DNA from: Candidatus Poribacteria bacterium
Lineage (GTDB): Bacteria; Poribacteria; WGA-4E; PCPOR2b
Length of the DNA stretch: 64,000 nt
Reading direction: 5' to 3'
Assembly: GCA_965218095.1 (NCBI GenBank)
Contig: OZ244587.1
Span: 5,792,001-5,856,000, forward strand
Part shown: positions 31,145-40,767 of the stretch, one piece after another
Layout: the number at the start of each line of letters is the position of its first letter
Numbering within the stretch: position 1 is the stretch's first letter
Translations under genes and position numbers: made by a program
Notes under the pieces: generated by a model
What the model saw: the letters and a program-made list of their open reading frames with translations, nothing else
Database searches by the model: none
Told to the model about the DNA's origin: nothing

Positions 31145-34100
31145 ATGAAAGTGGGCTTCAAGACAAATGCCTTCCAGCGATTAACCGGTTACACATTCCT
31201 GGCTCTGGGAATCTTTGTTGGGGGAATAACCACGATCGCTATAACACCTGTTTTTGCGCAGGACGATGGTCGGCAAGGCATGCAGGTCTCAGAGCGCGAT
31301 GAAGCGGGCAAAGCCATCAGATTTGATTTCGACTTCTCAAGTGGAAGTCTGCAGAGCCTAATCAAGTTCCTTAGTGAAGAAACAGATCTTGCGATCATCG
31401 CCTCCGAAAACGACATCAAGGAGAAGAAGTTTACCCTCACTAACCTCAAGAATGTGACAATTGAGGAGACATTGGAGGAAATTAAAACTGTCCTGGCGCA
31501 GTATGATCTGACTATGATCCGGACCAATAACACCATGCTGATCACGACATTCGAGAAAGCGGTGAAGATGAAGGTGCCGGTCAAGCGAATTACAGCGGAT
31601 GCAAATCTGGTTGAGCAAACCGATGAAATCCAGACATACATCATTCAATTGAATAATGCCGTCGCCTCCGAGCTGGTAGGAGGTATCAGGCCGCTACTTA
31701 ACAAGGCTGCGAATATTTTTGCGGATGGCACCAGTAACTCTCTGGTCATTACCGATGTCGCGTCCAATATTCGTCGTATTGCAACCATCTTACAAGCTGC
31801 CGATGAAGCGCCGGAAATCCCGCTCAAGGTGGAGGTTATTCCATTGGTTAATGCCACGGCGAGATCGCTTGCCCAAACCCTGAATGAATTCTTCCGTGAG
31901 GAAGGGAGAGTGAACAGCCTCCTCAGAAAGATGAGCGGTGCGAGTAAGCCTGAAGATATGGAGAAAATGATGGAATACGCCAAAGAAACGGGCACAGGGA
32001 TTGACATGCTACGGGGGCGCATCCAGATCGCGGCTGACGAAAGTTCTAATACTCTGATTATTAAAGCGTCAGAATCCAACCTCGTTGTACTCAGGGAATT
32101 GATTCAACAACTTGACACAACGCCAAGTATTCAAACAGAGTTCCGAGTTTTCCGTTTGGAGTATGCTATCGCCCAGGACGTGGCTCAAACGCTTGAAGAG
32201 GTCATCATCGGTCAAAGCGCCGGCAGACGCCCCGGACGGTTCTCAAGGTCGAGCGAGCGACGTGAGTGGATGCGCCGTCGGCAAGAAGTGCGCAAAGAAG
32301 GAGAAGGGGAGGGGTATCAAGGTATTATCGGAGTGGTGAATATCTCATCGAATGATCGCTTGAATGCCGTGGTGGTCGGCTCAGATCCACGGAACTTTCC
32401 GATTATCGAAAAAATCATCAAGGAACTCGATCAAACCGACCCTCAGGAAGAGATTCGTATCTACTTCCTGAAGTTTGCCGAGGCGGAGGGTTTGAAATAT
32501 AACCTCCAAGATCTCTTTGAAGGTGGCAGCACCGGACAGGATCGAAATAGACCGTGGTGGAGGCGAGAGGAACGTCGCCAAACAGGAAATACGGGATTCG
32601 GCGTCCAAGGTCCCGTCCACATCGTGTCGGACACCCGATTGAATGCCGTTATGATTTCCACTGCCGAACAGAACTTCGAGACCATTGAGGGTTTAGTCAA
32701 ACGCCTCGATGTGAATATGCCAGATCAGGAATGGGGGACACGTATCTACAAATTGAGATATGCGGATGCCGAGAACGTTGCCGATATTATTAACAATGTT
32801 TATCAAGGAAGTGGCAATAGGAGCGGCGGCTCTTTCTTTTTCGTTCCCGGCAGAGCACGGAACCGAAACCTGGGTTCGCTCGCCGGAAATGTAACCGCAG
32901 AGGCTTACCCTACACTCAATACGATAATTGTCTCCACAGCGACACAACGGAATTTTGAACTCATTACGCAGTTTATTCAGGAGATTGACACGCCGACGCC
33001 AGAAGACCAGAAAGAGGTCACGAAATCTTTTCGCCTCGAATACGCAAATGCAGATGAGCTTGCAGATCTATTGGAAGAGGTATGGGATGAAGATGACGGC
33101 GGCGGCAGTCGATTCAGTTTTGGTCGTTTCTTTGCACGGGGCGGTCGGCTTGAACAGAAAGATATTAACTCGCTGCGCGGCAAAGTTCAGTTGGAAGCAG
33201 ACCCGCAGACCAATTCGCTGGTTGTGACGGCCGCCCAACGATACATGCCAGATATAGAAGCCTTGATCCGTGAACTTGACTTCGTTCGTGGGCAGGTTTG
33301 GATTGACATACAGATCCTCGAAATCACACTGGATGAAAACACAAAGTTGGGGATTGAGTTGACGGCGCGAGAAAAAAATCTGTTCGGGGCAGAGGTGCGC
33401 GAAGGCGATCCGCTGATTGGCGAGTTTGAGTCGAAACTTGGATTGGCACAAGAAATTAGTGGATTCAACATCAGTGTGGCAACAAAGGATTATATGGCCT
33501 TGCTCCACACGCTGATCCGTGAAAACAAAGTGCAAACCATATCGACCCCCGCGCTGCTAACTCGCGATAACCAGCAAGCAACGTGGAGCTCTGGACGACG
33601 CATCCCATTCCTGCAAAGCGTTGATACCAGCAGCCTCTTAGGTGATACGGTGACCCAGCCCTTGTTCAATTATGATTTTATTGAGCCGCCGGTCGGTATC
33701 AACATCACAATCACGCCGCATATTGCAAAGTCGCAAGAAGGTTCCAGCGGAAGACGCACGATCGGATTGGCGATCGAGCAGATCCAAGTGAGTAACTTCA
33801 TTGAGTTCACGGACTTCAACGCGCCGATTACAGAGGATAGTTCGATCAGCGCCTATATTGATGTGGAGGATGCACAGACAATCATCGTTGGCGGAATGAT
33901 TAAGGAAAAACGACAGCAGATCGAGAGTAAGGTGCCGATCCTTGGAGACATTCCCTTTATCGGTGGCCTCTTCAAAAAAACGGAAACCGTGGCAGAAAAC
34001 TCCGAGATTGTCATCATTATCACGCCGCATATTATTGATATCCGAAATCCAGGAGATCGTGGCAGACTGCAAAAGCAGGCTGATGAGTGGCGTTCAAATG

Positions 34101-34150
34101 GTCAGGATGGGGCAGATGGAGAACAGGAAGATCAGAAACCGGAGAAATGA
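31145..34150 (+). CDS. gspD: Secretin GspD with N0 plus six N-domains
   Basis: Signal peptide, repeated L.YA.A..[VL]A / D..[ST]N.[LI] N-domains, QVWIDIQILEI, STPALLTRDNQQA, KVPILGDIPFIGGLFK, IIITPHI. Confidence 0.9.
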   Translation: MKVGFKTNAFQRLTGYTFLALGIFVGGITTIAITPVFAQDDGRQGMQVSERDEAGKAIRFDFDFSSGSLQSLIKFLSEETDLAIIASENDIKEKKFTLTNLKNVTIEETLEEIKTVLAQYDLTMIRTNNTMLITTFEKAVKMKVPVKRITADANLVEQTDEIQTYIIQLNNAVASELVGGIRPLLNKAANIFADGTSNSLVITDVASNIRRIATILQAADEAPEIPLKVEVIPLVNATARSLAQTLNEFFREEGRVNSLLRKMSGASKPEDMEKMMEYAKETGTGIDMLRGRIQIAADESSNTLIIKASESNLVVLRELIQQLDTTPSIQTEFRVFRLEYAIAQDVAQTLEEVIIGQSAGRRPGRFSRSSERREWMRRRQEVRKEGEGEGYQGIIGVVNISSNDRLNAVVVGSDPRNFPIIEKIIKELDQTDPQEEIRIYFLKFAEAEGLKYNLQDLFEGGSTGQDRNRPWWRREERRQTGNTGFGVQGPVHIVSDTRLNAVMISTAEQNFETIEGLVKRLDVNMPDQEWGTRIYKLRYADAENVADIINNVYQGSGNRSGGSFFFVPGRARNRNLGSLAGNVTAEAYPTLNTIIVSTATQRNFELITQFIQEIDTPTPEDQKEVTKSFRLEYANADELADLLEEVWDEDDGGGSRFSFGRFFARGGRLEQKDINSLRGKVQLEADPQTNSLVVTAAQRYMPDIEALIRELDFVRGQVWIDIQILEITLDENTKLGIELTAREKNLFGAEVREGDPLIGEFESKLGLAQEISGFNISVATKDYMALLHTLIRENKVQTISTPALLTRDNQQATWSSGRRIPFLQSVDTSSLLGDTVTQPLFNYDFIEPPVGINITITPHIAKSQEGSSGRRTIGLAIEQIQVSNFIEFTDFNAPITEDSSISAYIDVEDAQTIIVGGMIKEKRQQIESKVPILGDIPFIGGLFKKTETVAENSEIVIIITPHIIDIRNPGDRGRLQKQADEWRSNGQDGADGEQEDQKPEK

Positions 34151-34166
34151 GAAAGGGGAATTCACC

Positions 34167-34367
34167 ATGATAGACAACAACCCAAACCGTACCCCCTCCA
34201 AGTTGCTAGTCCCTCAACCAACCTTGATGACGGCTGATGAGCTCTGGAAATTGCCAGAAGATGAATACCGATATGAATTGGTGAAAGGAGAAATTCGTCA
34301 AAGGGCGCCTGCCGGAATTGCGCATGGAATTAGAACCGAAAAACTTGCATCTCGACTTTCTTTATAG
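34167..34367 (+). pseudogene. Uma2-family endonuclease, N-terminal fragment
   Basis: LMTADELWKLPEDEYRYELVKGEI...PAG..HG, then truncated. Confidence 0.7.
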
Positions 34368-34402
34368 TCTAATAGAGACTTTGCGAAGAATTTCAGCGCC
34401 AA

Positions 34403-34429
34403 AGATCCTTCACTTCGTTCAGGATGACA
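34403..34429 (+). repeat. Half of a common REP-like palindromic repeat
   Basis: AGATCCTTCACTTCGTTCAGGATGACA lies at the Uma2 truncation; no partner arm is present. Confidence 0.45.
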
Positions 34430-34497
34430 GATGCCCTTAAAAGTGCAATTTGACGCGGTGTTGAGTATAAAACACTATGAGGACATGACGCCACTTC

Positions 34498-35264
34498 ATG
34501 CCTTTGAGAAATCTAAATCCTTCCCTACTCTTCCCTCAGTTCTTCCTGTGAAAATATGGCGTTTACCTGCCGCCCCTCCTGATGGATTTCTGTATCAGCA
34601 GCATCCTCACAAACGCCTCCTTCTACTCCAGCTACCTTCATCTTTCCTCGACAACCCTCGGCACATTCATGGCACTATGTACCGCATGCTTTGTCACACT
34701 TGCGATTCCCTTCGGCCGGCTCTCTGATCGGGCTGAGCGAACATACCTACTTTCCGCCGCATGCCTTTTGCTTGGAGGCGTGAGTTTCATTTTCCTATTC
34801 TGCCTTAGCAAACTCCAGCTTGCAATCGTTTTCCCGTACCTCGGCGTCAGTATGGCGCTTTTTTGGCCCGCCTACGAAACATGGCTTGCAGAACGCGAAG
34901 GCGTTGGTAGTCTGATTAAGCGCATAATGATTTTGGGAATAAGTAGTTACTGGCTTAAATCAACCGCAGAGGCGCAGAGGGCGCAGAGTTTTTTTAATTC
35001 TTCTCTGTGTTCTCTGCGTTAAATAAGCGTGTTACGACTTATGAAGAAACGAATAAATCGGAGATTTATTGTGTTTCCTCTTGCGAAATGTCAAGCCTTA
35101 ATCTACTTATTGCGATGATTTTTAATCTATTCTGGAGTATCGGGATTACGTTCGTCCCCTTTATTTCTGGCTATCTCTATCGTAATTCAAATCCGTTTAT
35201 TCCCTTCTACCTTGCGGGTGGTTTCAGCATCATCAACTGGCTCGGGATCTCCTTCCAAGCTTGA
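34498..35264 (+). pseudogene. MFS transporter pseudogene (N-terminal half), interrupted by a MITE
   Basis: FGRLSDR motif A, FWPA, FNLFWSIG..G. Stop at 34549, insertion at 34935-35114, 3' end truncated. Confidence 0.75.
34935..35114. mobile_element. 180-bp MITE with ~24-bp imperfect TIRs and an 8-bp target duplication
   Basis: ATGATTTT at 34927-34934 and 35115-35122. Ends read GGGAATAAGTAGTTACTGGCTTAA and (reverse complement) CGCAATAAGTAGATTAAGGCTTGA. Removal restores the MFS frame. Confidence 0.8.
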
Positions 35265-35432
35265 TTGCACAAAGGGATTCAAAGCCATCTGACTGATGAT
35301 ACCAATAAGGGATGATTGAACGAGCTCCGAAGTTGTTCTACCGCCTTGAGTCTGCTTTTCCAATTCCACCCCTTTACGCATAAATCTCTCCTTGTACCCT
35401 CGATCTCGCTTCACGTTTCACGCCTCACACAC

Positions 35433-37607
35433 TCACTTTAAGAGTTCCAGAATGTAGAATTGTCCTGGGCCGCCTCGATTCCACCAAGCATTCACGCGAA
35501 TCGCGTATTGACCATCCGCCGGCAGTTCATAATCCGCGATCAGCGAGTCGAGTGTGCCATCATCGTCGTTGCGGGCAAGTTGGCGACCGTCAGGACCATA
35601 AAGGTAAAGGTAAGAATCAAGCGGTGAGCCAATGACTTGGGCGGTGATGTCAACCGTAATTACATCGCCCTGCTTACCCTCAAACAAAAAGTAATCCCGA
35701 TCCCCTCGACGTCCAACCTCACCAGACTGTTCACCGCCGTAACGGATACGTGTCCCATCCTCACGGGAATCAGCGTGATCATCAAGACTATCGTCGGAGT
35801 CATCATCGCTATCATTGTCGTTGTCTCCGTCCGGGGCTTCAGTATTGCCGAATGCCGTAAATGCATCATCTGGAACGGCAGCTTTGCTCTCTGTGTTTCT
35901 TGCGCCTAACCCGTCGAGTTCGCGTCTTGCCGCCACGCTTGGGCGGACTGAAAGTTCGACAGACAACGTGGTTTCTTCAAGTGCTGACTCAACCAGAATC
36001 TCTGCGGTGTAGTCGCCTGCACTGAGGGTTCGCGTATCATAAGAGATTGTCAAAGTTCCAACACCGCCGGGATGGATGGTCAGAGATGTCGGTTGAAAGT
36101 CAAGCCAAAGTTTCGGCTTTTCAATGCGGATGTGAAGCGATTTAGTATGCCGCCCTTGATTTGAGATCATGACAGTTTGTGTATCCGTCTGCCTAGCCAT
36201 CAGTTCAATCGTGATCTGTCGTGGGGTGATTTCCAATCCGGTGTCCATCAGATCTGGTTCGGCAATATCCGGTTGGTCCGGTTCAGCCTGCGCATAGCGG
36301 ACTGCAGCATAGGAGTCTAGCTTGCCTGCGCCGTAAGTGCTATCGAGCCCCGGCACACCGAGATCGAATGCGGTTTGTTTGAGTATCCACCGCAGATCAG
36401 CGACAGTCAAATCCGGATCGGCTTCCAGTAACAGGGCGACGGCTCCCATGGCCTGAGCACAGGCGAGCATTTCTCCACGACCATCCCTCACTGTGCCATC
36501 GATTGAGGCGATGCGCAGATTCGTTGCTGGCGCCGATAGATCCGGAACGATACGCGGATCGAATGCGACCGAACGATTTTCCCCAAACAAAATAACCCCA
36601 TCCCGATTATCTAATGTCCCCACGGCGAAAGGATTCACGGGGATCGGAACGTCACGAAGCTCGGGTGGTATATGGACATCAAGCCCAACAGTAATCACGC
36701 AAAAGATCTCCAGCCGGCACAGATTATCAACCGCTTTTGCGCAGGCAACATCACGAGCAAAGTCCGCTTTGCTCAACGGCACATTGATGACTTTTGGTGC
36801 ATCTCGTGTTTGGAGGTTTCCGTCCAAATCGGCCATCCACTCTAAGCCCGCGTAGATCCAAGACGCATAGCCGCCCTCCGGCGTCATAACCTTCGTTGCG
36901 ATCCAGTTCGCATCCGGGGCAACGCCTAACGGTTGTTAATCGACATCTCTGCCTGTGATCAGGCTCAACATCCCCGTGCCAAGCCCCATATCGTCGTAGG
37001 GGGTAGTTTGTGAGGCGCAGGTATCAAACTAACTCCCGCGATAGGTTGCGCGAAGATTCGCCACAGACAGATTAGCTCCCGTTCCCAACACACCGATTGT
37101 AACCCCTTTTCCGGTGATATGAAGTTCATTCCAAACCCGTCTCACAGCCTTCATTTTATCAAGCGCACTTTGATCTGATTGTGCTTAATCGTAGAAAAGT
37201 TGAGGCCGGGGATAAAAACGATCCGGCAAAATCATACGGACACCAGCGTGTGTCGAGATCTGCCTCAACATCTTTGGAGTTGCAATGACATGCAAACCGT
37301 TAAATATCCAGAAACTTCGATACGACTTGACGCTGCCGTCCGCTAGCTCTTTGGAAAGCGCCTTGATCAGCCCACCCTGTGTCCGATTTGCGGTCTGCTG
37401 CAAAGCGGTTATCTTGGCATGGGTCCCCGCAATCCGTCGAAGATTCACCTGCCGCGACATGACGACGATAGCACGTATAAAATCGTTCGGGGGTGTCTTT
37501 TCCAATTGCTCCTTTATTTTATCATCCAGGGTTGCTCCCCCATTGAGTGAAGATAATGACACAACAAGAAGAACACCAAAAAAATTAAGCAGTGTGCGTT
37601 TCATCAA
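35433..37607 (-). pseudogene. Secreted S8 subtilase homologue (propeptide, S8, Ig-like/BACON-like, PPC) with three in-frame stops
   Basis: Signal peptide, SFWIFNG propeptide, ITGKGVTIGVL, GVAPDANWIA, PDLSAP, GAVALLL, YGAGKLD, DSYLYLY...NDD (PPC). Stops at 37185, 37029 and 36936. Confidence 0.8.
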
Positions 37608-37715
37608 GATCCCTCCCCAATGCTAAATTCTTTAATGTCAACCATCAATTTTCGCTCCATTTGTAGAACCGGTTTTGTACTCCTGAAGAAATGGTCTGGA
37701 CTTTTCAGGGGGTAT

Positions 37716-38417
37716 TTACCGATGGGCGACGACAATAAACCCTGTCAAGCCGCCAAGTAAAATCTGAAAACCGGTCTGGTAAAGTAAGATGACAAAAGGT
37801 TGGCAGAGGAAAACTAACCCGAGGGCAATTGCACTGATTGAGATGTGCTCGATTAACAATTTTCGCGGGGATACAATTGTAGTCACAATTATGCCTGTCA
37901 GAATGAGATGAAGTCCAGTACCCTGCAGAAGTTGATTAAAGGGTTGATAAAGAAAGACAAGCCCCGTGACCACAATCAACGCCGTTACAATCTCCGCTAG
38001 CCTTTTCAGATTTGTTGTCATGCCGAAAGCGATTGCGCTTGCCGAAAGCAGATAGAAAGCAGAACCCTGTAAAATCGGGAAGGTAGGCAGATAAAGGAAT
38101 ACAAATCCCAGGATCAATACCAGCCCGGCGATAACTTCGACAATTCGTTTATTAGAAAAGAAGATTGCCGATAAGATTGCGGAAATGACCAGCAGCGGCA
38201 ATGCGAGCCCCTTGAGCAGGATCGAATTCGGTTGATAGAGGGACTGAAATAGCTGATGGAGAAATTGAAGTAAAGGGATAGCTCCTGAGATTTTGTAAAT
38301 CATAAAAAGCGGCAGAGTCATTGCTCTCACCAGCATATTATTCGGTTGATAAAGAAACACCAAACTGTAAATCAGGGTTACACCGGCGATCAGTTGATTG
38401 CGACATTGCTTTGTCAT
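37716..38417 (-). CDS. Integral membrane protein built from five 'FLYQP' repeats
   Basis: Hydrophobic throughout, with repeated (G)LVFLYQP...LL.G units. Confidence 0.7.
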   Translation of the reverse strand: MTKQCRNQLIAGVTLIYSLVFLYQPNNMLVRAMTLPLFMIYKISGAIPLLQFLHQLFQSLYQPNSILLKGLALPLLVISAILSAIFFSNKRIVEVIAGLVLILGFVFLYLPTFPILQGSAFYLLSASAIAFGMTTNLKRLAEIVTALIVVTGLVFLYQPFNQLLQGTGLHLILTGIIVTTIVSPRKLLIEHISISAIALGLVFLCQPFVILLYQTGFQILLGGLTGFIVVAHR

Positions 38418-38513
38418 TGATTAAGATTCCTAAAAGTCTAGATAAGCTGAGGTGGACTATGCTATAATTGGACAGTACACTTCCAAATCTAAAAATGGGG
38501 AGTCGGGGAAGAT

Positions 38514-39288
38514 ATGAATCCAAAAATCTCAATGATTGGCACGGGAAATTGGGGAAAGATTCTAATTCAAAAATTTCATCAACTCGGCAGGCCGCATCTT
38601 GTTTGCGGGCATCAGAATCGGGATGTGCTGGAACCACTGAACTTACGTTTCACAGAGGATATTGACGCGTTAATCAAAGAAAGTGACGCGGTGGTCGTTG
38701 CGACGCCGTCGGAAACGCATGCGGAAGTTGGTCAGCGTGTACTTTCTGCGAAAAAAGATCTGTTTCTCGAAAAGCCAATCGCGCTTTCGTCATCAGAGGC
38801 GAAAGATCTTGCTAAACTTGCTGATGCTTCGGATCGCCTCTTCATGGTTGGTCACACGCTTTGCTACTCAACTAGCTTTCAATAGCTGAACAAATTTCTT
38901 GGCGATCCGGTCGCCGCCGATGCAAAATCCTTAAAAACATCAACGGAGGAGAAATACCTCAACGCCTACTGGAATTTCGGCGTCCACATGGTTGCTCTGG
39001 CGGTAGCATTAGATATTCCACCAAAACAACTGACATTGGAAGCATCGGATCAAGCCCCTGCAAATCAGCGAACTTTTGAGTTGCAAACACGAACTGATGA
39101 TGGCAAGACCCACACGTTGATGTGGAATTTTCTCGCTCCTGAGAATCAAGAGGATATGCTGATGGTTGAATGCCAGCATTTCCTAGATTGTTTAAGGCGA
39201 TGACAGAAGCCGCGCACAGATGGGTGGCAAGGAGTTCAAACGATTCAGATTCTGGCGAAGATTCATCCCGAACAGCGGCAGTAAGTTT
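38514..39288 (+). pseudogene. Gfo/Idh/MocA oxidoreductase pseudogene (3' end approximate)
   Basis: IGTGNWG, DAVVVATP..TH, LEKPIA, MVGH. In-frame TAG 38883 and TGA 39201. Confidence 0.75.
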
Positions 39289-39779
39289 TAGGCGCCTTTG
39301 GGGTTTCGTCTGAAAAGGTTCCAAAACCCTTTACGGGAAGCAGCCTCAGCCTCCTCCCTTAACTGAATCTGTTCTGTTAGCTCAGTCTGTAAAGTCTCAA
39401 CCTTCTGTTGCAACTCTTTGATGCGGTGCTGCGATTGCCTGTTTTGTTCCTGTAGTTCATGGTTCTTACCAGTCAAATTAGTATTCTCCCCTTGGATGAG
39501 CATGAGATGTAATACCTGACAGGCGAGGTTCTCAATAATGTCCGATGTTGGAATATTAAAAGCCAGTTTGGTGATGAGTAACGGCAGCCCCTCGCAATTC
39601 AGAAGAGGCGTTTGAGGTTGGGGAATTGAGGGGTTAAGGTTATCTCTTTCTGCCTTCGCCTTGGGTTCATGGAGGTAGCCGGCGAGATCTTCATCGCGGC
39701 GTTCAAGGGTATGCCTGACGATAACCTCTTCGACGCCTATCATATTAGCGATTTCTGATACGGTGAGCGGGGCGGGCAT
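39288..39779 (-). CDS. Hypothetical protein: HTH-like N-terminus, coiled coil, amphipathic KGFWNLFRR tail
   Basis: LTVSEIANMIGV and a heptad-rich region. Extended -10 TGCTATAAT lies upstream near 39845. Confidence 0.6.
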   Translation of the reverse strand: MPAPLTVSEIANMIGVEEVIVRHTLERRDEDLAGYLHEPKAKAERDNLNPSIPQPQTPLLNCEGLPLLITKLAFNIPTSDIIENLACQVLHLMLIQGENTNLTGKNHELQEQNRQSQHRIKELQQKVETLQTELTEQIQLREEAEAASRKGFWNLFRRNPKGA

Positions 39780-39907
39780 GCTTTATTTCCCTTACATTCT
39801 TTGTGGTTTGCACACATTTTCGTTTTGAATTTGGTTTCTACACATTATAGCACATCCGAGAACCACAGGACAAGTACAGCACGATTTATGCCTTCTTGTG
39901 ACGAGGC

Positions 39908-40519
39908 TCACCCTGCTTGCTGCAATATGCGAAACAATCGCCAACCATAGGTCCACACTGAAATCAACGAAAACACCAAACCGACGCATAGCACGTAGAA
40001 AGGGAGGGATGAAGGTATTAAGATTTTCTTTTGCTCTCCTAAGATATAGAGCACCAAAGCTGTTGAAAGGAAGAAAGTCGTGCATTTACCCCACCAATTA
40101 GATCGGGCAATTAGCCGTGTTCGATGAAACAGCACGATGTTGGCAATTACAATCAAAATATCTCGAATCATCACAACGCCAAAAGCCCAGCGTGGAAAAC
40201 CTTGATTAGATAAAATCAGGGTAAGAATCACGGCGCTGATTATCGTTTTATCAGCAATTGGATCCAGAATTCTCCCCAGATTGGTACGCTGATTCAAACG
40301 TCGCGCAAAGTAACCATCAAGCGCATCAGATAGAATTGCTATCCCCCCTATCGTCAACGCCGTGAAGTGGTAGCGCTGAATGATGCTGTAAAAGATGAAT
40401 GGGATAAGCCCAATCCGCATCATGGACAATAGATTGCTGACATAGAAAAAGTCTCGCACCGCGACTAGAGAATCAGATGTTTGGGTAGAGCGATTTGGGT
40501 CTAAATTACTTCGCATCAT
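39908..40519 (-). CDS. CDP-alcohol phosphatidyltransferase (PgsA-like)
   Basis: SNLLSMMR, SDALDGYFARRLNQRTNLGRILDPIADK, RD, GK. Confidence 0.88.
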   Translation of the reverse strand: MMRSNLDPNRSTQTSDSLVAVRDFFYVSNLLSMMRIGLIPFIFYSIIQRYHFTALTIGGIAILSDALDGYFARRLNQRTNLGRILDPIADKTIISAVILTLILSNQGFPRWAFGVVMIRDILIVIANIVLFHRTRLIARSNWWGKCTTFFLSTALVLYILGEQKKILIPSSLPFYVLCVGLVFSLISVWTYGWRLFRILQQAG

Positions 40520-40572
40520 TTCTCTTGATTTCAAAGGCAGCAAAAGGATTAAGGGTGGAGATAAGTGCTGTT

Positions 40573-40748
40573 CATAGGGATCAAGTTAAGGACTGAAATA
40601 CGCTGATTTCGCGGATTGAAGCGGATTTCTTATTCCGTTGGCTTCGACAGCCAATGTCCGAATCCGCGTCTAACAAGGATTCGCAATTTATTGTTGGGGC
40701 CCAATCGAGAGCGGTACAGCACCAATTTCCGTTAAATTGATCCCTATG
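40573..40748. mobile_element. 176-bp MITE with ~20-bp TIRs and a 20-bp flanking direct repeat
   Basis: Ends CATAGGGATCAAGTTAAGGA and TCCGTTAAATTGATCCCTATG. Flanks GGGTGGAGATAAGTGCTGTT (40553-40572) and GGGTGGGGATAAGTGCCGTT (40749-40768). Confidence 0.8.
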
Positions 40749-40767
40749 GGGTGGGGATAAGTGCCGT

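Noticed and set aside
17709-34150. Canonical type IVa pilus
   Set aside because: It has a GspG-type major pseudopilin, H/I/J/K order, GspD-type N-domains and no pilT.
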